This document shows, piece after piece, positions 55,319 to 64,000 of a DNA stretch of 64,000 nt. Under the pieces are notes generated by a model. It saw nothing but the letters and a program-made list of their open reading frames with translations. It searched no databases and was not told the DNA's origin. The first letter of the stretch is position 1, and each line of letters begins with the position of its first letter. The position numbers and the translations under genes are program-made. Source of the DNA: the human T2T-CHM13v2.0 reference genome, Homo sapiens. The stretch lies in NCBI RefSeq assembly GCF_009914755.1, contig NC_060930.1; one strand, 5' to 3'.

Positions 55319-58169
55319 CTGTTTTAAAAAGAGGGAATCCAGTGTGTTTTCAAATATTCTTAGCATGCTATATATTAAAGCAAAAGCTAATTATTTGCAC
55401 GGCAAAGTTTTATGAGGGTCTTTTGCAGACAATTATTCAACTTTACTTCTACGAAGCCTGTGAAATTTATGCAGTAAATGGCTGAAAGAACTAGATAATA
55501 GATTTGGCACTGTAAACAAAATGTAATGCTCCATGGAATTCAAAATGGAATTGGCTTCACTATTACATGTGAATTTATAGAGTTGGGAAGTAGATGTTCA
55601 AAATGACTTATGTAAACCTCAAAGAGCTGCAGACCTTTGGACTGGATTCTAGTATGGCCTCCAATCAAGGGACATACAAAAAGCATACCAACATGTTCAT
55701 CATGTATCTTTTGTTAACATTACATCATCTAAGATGTACATGTACAAACATACAACCCTCTAAATTTGCTAAATTAAGTATAACTGATAATAGAATTCTT
55801 CACTGCAAGTTCCTACTCTATTTTTACAATCCTGGCACGAGAGTGCCTCAGAAATTTCTAGTTTACACAGGGTGAGCTCAGCTCACCAACTGTTGTCTAC
55901 AGATTTGATCTGCTCTTCCCAAAGACCATGAATCTGTAATAATGTGGAGTCTAAATTTCAACTAGCTTCTTCAAGGTAGTTACATAATGAAAACTAGAGA
56001 TTCTATTTTTAATCAAATTTGCATTTGTTTCCAGAAGGGTTTCATAGAGATGTTTGAAAGGATATCTGAGGTCATCTTGCTTAATCAAATCGGCTAGAAA
56101 AACAGTCTTAGGTATTTTCTTTGATAATCAAGGGAAGAAATCTACCCAATGCTCAACCATTCCATTTTAGAATACAATAAAACATAATTTGTCATAAGAT
56201 ATAGTAGTATTATACGGACTAATTCAATGACTGTCATTATCTCTTAAGTCAAAGCTAGGCTAGAATTTTGGGTCTAATGTTATTTTTGGAAAGACGCTCC
56301 ATTTGGGGAGTTCTTTTCATAACTTCCAAAGGTAAACTGACATGCAAAATGCCCTAATCCACTGTGGATTTAGTTAAAGGCACTAAATTTACAGTTTTTT
56401 TACATTCTAAGAGCATTGCAAACTTCCTCATTTTATCCTAGCTAATCCACAAACAGGAATAAAGGCAAGTTTAACTTCAGTCATCCAATCTATTGAAATA
56501 ATTTTAAGAAAGGAAATCCATCCACATATTTAAACAGCAACTCTGTTACGGATTCACATCTAATCTTAACGTTATCTACTTTTTGGTCAGTACCAATCCA
56601 GATGAGAGTTAAGTAGAAACTATTCAAAACTATGAATAATCAATTTTGCATGTCTTCCGTTCCTTTAAATTTCCCCCCTTTTACCAGGAATTTTGACTTC
56701 CACTTGTTCTTCAAAATTATTTTGAATTTTATCTTTGTCTTTTGCAATAAAGTAGAAAAAACCCTAAAGATGCAAATGTCTTTCACCTTTAAATTTCACT
56801 ATTCTCTGCCCCTAACTAGATGAAATTGCTTAAGACATATAGACTAAAACAAATACTTTTGTACAAAGCTAATTTTCTTCAAGGAAGGATACTTCAAGCT
56901 TACTATAGCCTGCCATCATAGTGATGGGAAATGCATTTTATCATCAAGCAGTATAATTTTATTTTCAATGTCTTAGCTGATTAACTTGCTTCCAGAATGA
57001 AAATACAGTAAAATTCTGTATAAAATATAATGATGTATTAGAGAAACTGGTATAAATAATATATCATACAACAGTTCTACAGGCCCATGAATCTACTTGA
57101 TAAGGTAATTGATGGATTTTGAAAAACATTCAAAGCTGTGTTTAACTAAATTATTGAATTTATTATTAAACCTATCAGTTAGACAATATACACTTACAAT
57201 TTTGGTCAGTAATACTTTTTATTTTTTTAGCTATCACTTTGCAATTGCCAAAATAAGAGGAGGTAACACAAGGTTTGAAAAAAACACTTGGTCACCACTG
57301 GGCAGAAATTGGGCCACAGATTAAGAAGTAATGGGACACAGCCCATAAAACGGGGCAATTAAAGGAGGAGGAAATGAAATATGGGCACAATCCTTTTGGA
57401 TCACCAAAACACAGCAATAAAATGTTCACATACGCTTTTTCACTTGTGTCCTTCGTTAGTGGAGATGGGCTCCCCAAAGCATACAGTAATTGTGGAGTTC
57501 TCGCTAATCTATTGGTGCAAGTACACTGCTATGAAGGCTGCTGAATGTGAGAGGGTTGATTCAGTCACAGGGACCTCTCAGTCTCTGAGGAGAGATAAAA
57601 TCTATATTTCTCTCGTTTGTGTTAAAAGATGGGGGATGTCAAAAAAATATCAAGACAAGCTTCATGACTACATACAATTGTGGTTTTAGTGGTGAAAATG
57701 CTAGATATCCAAAGAGGGCAAAACCTAAGGGACAACCAAATAGAATAATCCATCTCCAAACCGGTAATGCTAGGTGAGAAATGGATATTTCATCTCACTG
57801 AACATTCCACATTTTATAGTCAAACAAGTAACATTATTTCCTCCAAATATAATTGGAATAAAGTCATGCCCATGAAGATATGTAAATAATAGATTTGTTG
57901 TAGAGATAAGGCTAATTACATCATAATCTCCAAAATGTGGTTAGCACGCTTCAAAATTTTTAAATTTTAGAAGCATAAGTGTAGGCTTTTCCTTCTATGT
58001 GACTGGATGAAAGATACATTTCTATCAAAATCTAAAACAAGACATTACATATGTGTAATTTTTCTTAACTATACAAATAACAAAGTCTTTGAACCTTATT
58101 ACTTGAGTTTCTATGACTCAGGACTCAAGATTTGAAAAGAAATTCCTAAATACAGAGAAAGTGTCATAC

Positions 58170-58350
58170 ACCAGAGAAGACTGAAAAGGCAAGACAACTG
58201 AGTGCAATGTGGTACCCTGACTTGGATCCTGGGACAGAAAAGGATATTGATGGAACTGGTGAAATCCCATTAAAGCCTCTAGTTTAGATAATAAGAAAAA
58301 CAAACAAACAAATTAACTAGTTCTGAAGATTATACATGATTGTGCATGAT
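58170..58350 (+). mobile_element. L1MC-type 3' fragment
   Basis: gacaactgagtgcaatgtggtaccctgacttggatcctgggacagaaaaggatatt. Confidence 0.7.
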
Positions 58351-58725
58351 CTGATTTTTGTAAGCATAGAATAAAAATATGTCCGTCAATAAAACAAATA
58401 CCTATAAAATGATCAAAGAATGAACAAACTTAGATGACATCAAGTGTCCACCAATTTAGTAGATTTCATAATAAATTAGAGGGGTGAAAATTTAAGGAAG
58501 AGGCTTGAATGATATCCATTAGGGACATTTTCTTGCAAAGCAAATCCCAAAGGCAAGGGCATGAACTTATGATCTATTACCAGCCAGAGTTCAGAACTGT
58601 GAATAGAAAAGGAATTTACTTTCAGCTTTCAACCAGATTAGACAGTACCTTTTCCATGCAGACATTCTGGACCATTTACTCTGACCTATAACTGCACATT
58701 TTACATTTGCACTTTGTTTCCTTAC

Positions 58726-58880
58726 CCTCCTTCAAATATTTTAATTCGGATTGGCTCAGTTTGTTTGGATCCAATATCTTTATCTCCATGAATATCTCCT
58801 TTCCCTCTTTCCTTTAAGATATTTCCCACTAGTTTCCTTTCTAGTTTGCTGCCAAATAAAAAGGACGCATCAGGTTTCAT
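58726..58880 (-). CDS. HIVEP2: HIVEP2 155-nt coding exon ([12 protein letters not shown]...IKIFEGG)
   Basis: Acceptor tcttacag|ATG, donor GG|gtaag. In frame with both neighbours. Not in the ORF track. Confidence 0.93.
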
Positions 58881-59895
58881 CTGTAAGACAAGAAGAGAGA
58901 ATCATTTCACATGCTTTCTCCAAGACACAGGAGCCCCTATGTCCCACTCTTCCATCATCTCTGAAAATGAGCCTAAATTCTGTACTAAAAGGCCAGGAAC
59001 TAGTTATATAAAATAAGGACCACTAGGGATAAAATCAGATAAGAATGACAGTTTCCACTGAATAAATTCAACATTCTGTTACAGCTATATATAATAAGTA
59101 CATATATTATATATAAAAATATATAGATACACATATACACTCAGCACTCTGTGCAATGCTAATACTTAAAAGACACATTCTATGTTTTGAAGTAGCAATG
59201 AAAACAATCTATATTAATTAAGGAAGTAGTCTCAAAAATTATTGAAGGGAAAATGGTAACTGATAAAAGTGAAAACATATTTTTAAATCCTCTATTTGCC
59301 TCCTTATTAATTTAGCAGAAATTTCAAAATTCCCCTTAATATTTTTATAATTTTACATGGAAGGCATTGATGGTTCTTGTAGGAATAAACCAGCCAGCAA
59401 CTTGGAAAAATAAGTTTTGAAGGAGACAGATGTCTCGTCAATGAGAGTAAGCCCTGCAGCATTTGCAAAGCTCGGTCCTCCTTCTTCGTCTTTCCTTTCA
59501 GCCTCCATTCCCTGCTCTATGGCCCACTTCACAATTCCCTGAATTCCTCACATCCAGAGAAAATTAGACCTGCTAGGTCACTCACAAAGGTCAGAAGGAA
59601 AATAACCCATGGGAATTAATCCCAGTGGTAGGATTTCATGGCACCCAAATTTTTAAATTTTAAAAGCATAAATGTAGGCTTTTTCTTCTGAAAATGGACC
59701 ATGCCTGAGACCTCAGAACCAAGTGCAGTCAGTGGCTTCTTCCACTCCTGAGTAAGGCCAGACTTTCTGAAAACGCCCCCACACTGACCTTCATTTTACT
59801 TGTATTTTTTTTTTAGGCCTTATATCCTTCACTATGTAGTCTGCTCAGCAATCAAATCCACAATACAAAGTTCTTCCTAAAACAGTATTTGTTAC

Positions 59896-62800
59896 CTGAG
59901 TAAACTGCTTCCAAGCACTTGATGATGTAAGCTTGCCGGTTCCAGGCCTATGCATAGCAGCCAGAGTATAAATTTCTGCAGTGATTTTTTGCTTGGACCT
60001 CAGAAGAGCCAGCGTGGTCTTGGTGTTCAATCCTGATGGGTTTGGATTACAGGAACTAATGCACCATGAAGCATAAACCGAGGATTTGAAGGTGGCCTGT
60101 TGCACATAATTGGGTTTTGTATAATTCAAGAAGCACCAACTCACAGTAGTTGTTGTCCGCAGACTGGGGAACTGAAGAATCTGCTGGAAATCTGCCATGT
60201 CCGTGAGAAGAAGAGTTGAGTCTGCCACGTTCCCGCTGGGGGCAGAGGCCATGCGGACCAGCATGCCAACAGGCCGCTTGTGGCCCTTCCCTTCCTCTTC
60301 CAGCTGACCATCTCCTGCTGGTAATGAAGAACTCTGTGGGCTCATGCTCATGTCCGATGCCGTCTCATCGATATCTAATTCATCTGAAGATTCTTTGCTT
60401 TCAGAAGGCCCACTGGACTTCTGCCCCGGAAGTGGTGCCCGGGAACCGGAAAGCATCTCCTTGCTGGGCGGGAATGGCTCCCTGGAAGACGGGCTAACAG
60501 AAGGATAGTCTTGAGATGAGGAGGGCGACAGCGAGGAGAAGGAAGATGACCCTGACTGCAAGCCATCTTTTGGCTCAGAAGCACATCCTTGTCGAACCAG
60601 CTGGGGTTTCTGGGGGCGGGAGAGGTCCTTTTTGATGTCTGAGTTGGTCAGCTCCACAGCACTAAGCTCCTCCACAATCTGTCCGTACATCTTTTCTTCT
60701 TTGACCCTTTTCTGCTGCTTGGTTTCCATGAAGAGCTCCAAGCTACTGGCTGGAGAAAGCATTCGCTTGCTACCTCCCAGGGTGGCCACGCTGTCAGAGG
60801 TGGAAGGTAAACACAAGGGGATGGAGGATTCTAAGCCGAGGGGCAAAGTCTGAGGTGCTTTCCAAATGGGGTACTTCTCCAAGCCCGCATGCTGCCCCAG
60901 CACCTGGGCAATGTTGAATCCTATCCCTTGCATGGCTGCGTTGGTGACCAGTGTCCTTTGGGTCATATTCTCATCGACTTTGCATATGACAATGGCAGGG
61001 CTATTCTGCCCAAGTATCTGAGAAATGCTTGTGTACATGACACTTCCATAGGATGGTACGTGCGTCTGGATCCGAACAGGAACCACTGTTCCTGGGAGGG
61101 ACTGCAAAGACCCAGCATTTGCCGAGGCAAAATCTTCTTGAAGAACCTGCTCAGAGGGCGTTTCAGTTGACTTACTGCTCTGGTCTGATGGAAACTTTGG
61201 AAGAAGGTTCTTTGGGTGTAGCCCTGATGCTCCTGAATAACATGGGTAGGTCTGCTCTTTCGTGTGTGCATACTCAGCAGGTTTCTTTCCAGTGTGCTCT
61301 GCCACATGCTCTAAGGGATAGCTCGAATGGATTTCTGTCTGAAAAGAGGGCTTGCCATAGCTCTTCTGAGGGTGCTGAGCAAAGGGATGTGGGAAATGTG
61401 CCTGCCACCAGGGAGGCTGCTGAGCTGGTAAATGAACCATACAAACTGTAGGATACTGAAACTGAAACAAGGCATTCTGGATTGGAGAAAATGGAATTGT
61501 CTCTTGATGTGGAAATAAGTGTGGCTGTTCAGGTAAGTGCTTGCTTGTCATATAGGATGTTGGTTGGATCAAGGGATTTCTCAAAGATTCCTGACTGTCC
61601 ATGTGCATGATCTGTGGCTGGGCCAGGTGCAGTGGCCCCGAGCTCAGCGGGGGACAAGGACCCGCCACCTGCTTCCCTGGGTCCTCTTGCTGAAGAGGAG
61701 GCAGCACAGCAGGCGGGCCATGGTGCCACCCGGACCGGAGGCCAGCATGCAGGTGCTCCAGCTGCTCTTGCTTCACGCTCTGATCCATGCCAACCTCGCC
61801 CTGGGAGATTTCTGGGGAGCCACTGAAGGAAGCTTGCCGCACCAGAAAGCATTTCTTCCTCTCCCTGGACGGTGATACCGTGGAGGCTGCTGCTCCCGAC
61901 ACAGGAGCATGGGACAGATTCCCATAATCAAATGATTTGCTCCGAACTTCTGGGACTTCCGCTGGGTGAGGACAAGGCATCTGCTCTGATGAGCAGCGTC
62001 GCATCTCTTTCTGGTGGTGATGGCCTGGGACAGACAATGAGTATGAACCAGCAGGGACAGTCAGAAACTCTGAATGCTTCCCAAACTCATCCTGCTTAGG
62101 AAGTGCAGAAAGCTTACTGGTTTCTTCTCTTTCAAAAGACATGGAGAAACTGGAGCTGTGGGACAAGTTGCTTTCTTGGCTGGGGCTGCGGGAGAGGCCT
62201 GTGCCTGTGGATTCAAAGCTGGACTCCCCTGAGGAGTGCTCCATATCTGCAAGTCGCAGACGCTTCTTTTTGGGTGGCAACTTCTCCGCGGGGAGCTGGG
62301 AAAGGGTCTCACTTCTCTGGGGCCACTGAAATTCTTCCACAGGCTTCTCTGGCTCTTTGCTCTGGGCTTCCTTCTCCTTCTCAGGTTTATCAGGCTCCTC
62401 GGTCACTCGAATCTCAGGAACCTGGATGTTGTGTTGCCGAACTAGCCTGGGCTGTGTGTGATAGGACTGCTGCTGCACCTGCTGAGATGGAGAGGGTTTC
62501 CCCCCACTTTCTGCACCATCCCCAGGTGGAGCCCACTCAGGACTCACTGGGGCTTCTGAAATCTCACTGTCACAAGTCTCTGAAGGGGAAGGGGCTTTAT
62601 CCTGTGTGCAAGCCACAAGTTCGGCTGACTCAGACCTTTCAAATGAATTGGGTCGGCTCAGTGAGTTGGTGTGCTGAATCACAGAAATCACATTTCCAGG
62701 AGGTTTCCTGCCCCCTAGGTCTGACATCTTGTCTGAATCAATGGCTGAAGGTGACTCCTCTGACACAAGAGATGGACTTCCAGGCTGCAGTTGGGGCCGA

Positions 62801-64000
62801 CATGGGTCAAAGCGTTCCGTGTGACCATGAGAAAGGTTTTCGTGTCCAGCCATGGCAAATCCACTCCTGACTCCTTCCTGCATCTGCAGTTTGGGGTCAT
62901 AATCGGAAGCCATGATGCCCACAGGAGTGCTTACAATGCTGCTGCAGATCATGGGCGTGTCCTCTTCATCCCCTACGCTCTTCTCTTTCCGGCGTTTCCT
63001 GTTTTCACAGGTAGTTCCAAACATGCTTGGTACTCCCTGCAATGGCACCACGGGATCCATGAAATATTCTCCACCATGCTTTAAAGAACTCAAGCAGGAA
63101 ATGTCCCTGTAGTTTTGCTTTGGTGTTTCAGAGTCCTCCCACTTCTTATAGGGTTTCCGACAGACATCATAGTCATACCCAACCCTGTCCCCAGGAGACA
63201 ATTTCTTTTCCTTCAGGGATGAACTGCTGATACCCTTCAACATCCTGCCATGGTGCTCGACTTCCACGTGGCCCTCCTGTACCGAAGGCAGCTCAAATGC
63301 CGCTTGTCTTCTTAGCATGCGCTGAGGGGGTATGCCCACGGTCCCTGGATAGAATACATCGTCGGAACCAGTCATCCTTTCATCAAATGAGTGACTTCCT
63401 CTCAAAGAAGGAGGAATAGTTAGATTAGTTGCTGAAGAAGTTGGCACTGAGTTGCTTCTAATAAGGGGTGAAGAGTCTACAGGAGCTTCTAAGAGAACCG
63501 GGTTGCTGCCTTGGAAGTTTGCTGGATAAAGTTTTCCTTCGTTCCTGATAGATGATGGAATAATCTGGGGTTGTCTGGACTCACTGTTGAACTTAGTGGA
63601 TTTCAGCATGCTCGTTTGACTGGGGTCGACATCTCCCTTGCTTGGGATCAGCTGTGAAACAGGATCTTCAAACATCTTGACATCTAACCTGGTGTTAACG
63701 TGAGGTAATGGTTCCATTATGCCCTTCCTACCCATTGCGGCACGCTCCTGACTTGTGGTTGTAACACTGAGTGCATTTCTCGGACTAAGCCGACAGTATT
63801 TTCCAAAGATGATTTCTTCATAAGACTTTGCATTTGTGTTGGGAGGGCTTATTTGCTGCTCAGCACTTTCTGAGCGAGAAAAGTAACCAGAATCAGTGCT
63901 TCCTTTACTGTGCGGGCTCAGAAGGTTGAGCGATGGCTCAGAATCTTGTCCTTTTTTCTCTGACAGTCTTAGTGCAAGTTTCTGTTTGACTGTGTGCGAA
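59896..64000 (-). CDS. HIVEP2: HIVEP2 large coding exon (5' part outside window)
   Basis: The 1296-aa ORF stays open upstream of 63735 to the window edge ([16 protein letters not shown]...[12 protein letters not shown]). It contains Schnurri-family blocks [29 protein letters not shown] and [16 protein letters not shown]. Donor CAG|GTAAC at 59896/59895, phase 0. Confidence 0.97.

Noticed and set aside
59611-59623. kB-like GGGAATTAATCCC in the intron (possible HIVEP2 autoregulation)
   Set aside because: Spacing does not fit GGGRNNYYCC, and a single short motif is expected by chance.
59845-59895. ORF read-through past the donor ([16 protein letters not shown]) as a truncated isoform
   Set aside because: A good CAG|GTAAC donor is present. 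Only a weak AGTAAA lies nearby, next to a genomic A-run prone to internal priming.
62103-62870. 255-aa plus-strand ORF and other antisense or alternative-frame ORFs over the giant exon
   Set aside because: These are shadows of GC-rich HIVEP2 coding sequence with no recognisable domains.

Overview
Human (or great-ape) genomic DNA. Positions ~41.8-64 kb hold the 3' half of HIVEP2 (Schnurri-2/MIBP1, a ZAS-family C2H2 zinc-finger transcription factor) on the minus strand. Six coding segments splice in frame with GT-AG junctions: a giant exon running off the window edge to 59896, then 58880-58726, 55318-55143, 51925-51824, 51027-50132, and 44291-43467 (TGA). A ~1.6 kb 3' UTR follows, with AATAAA at 41851-41846. 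Positions 1-41.8 kb are downstream intergenic DNA dense in Alu, L1, L2, MIR, MaLR/ERVL solo LTRs and hAT/Tigger DNA-transposon fossils. The short ORFs there are repeat-derived or chance. I see no new gene or multi-gene system. The best leads are: (i) an NFAT/CRTC-like cluster of calcineurin-docking motifs (PxIxIT, LxVP) and LxRxxS/14-3-3 motifs in HIVEP2; (ii) a ~190-bp non-Alu inverted duplication in the last intron; (iii) a six-copy alternating-orientation palindromic array at 33.9-34.0 kb; (iv) a 43-bp direct repeat bracketing a frame-critical exon. Repeat subfamily names and boundaries are by-eye calls and approximate. Full-length residue numbers assume the 2446-aa length I recall for HIVEP2.
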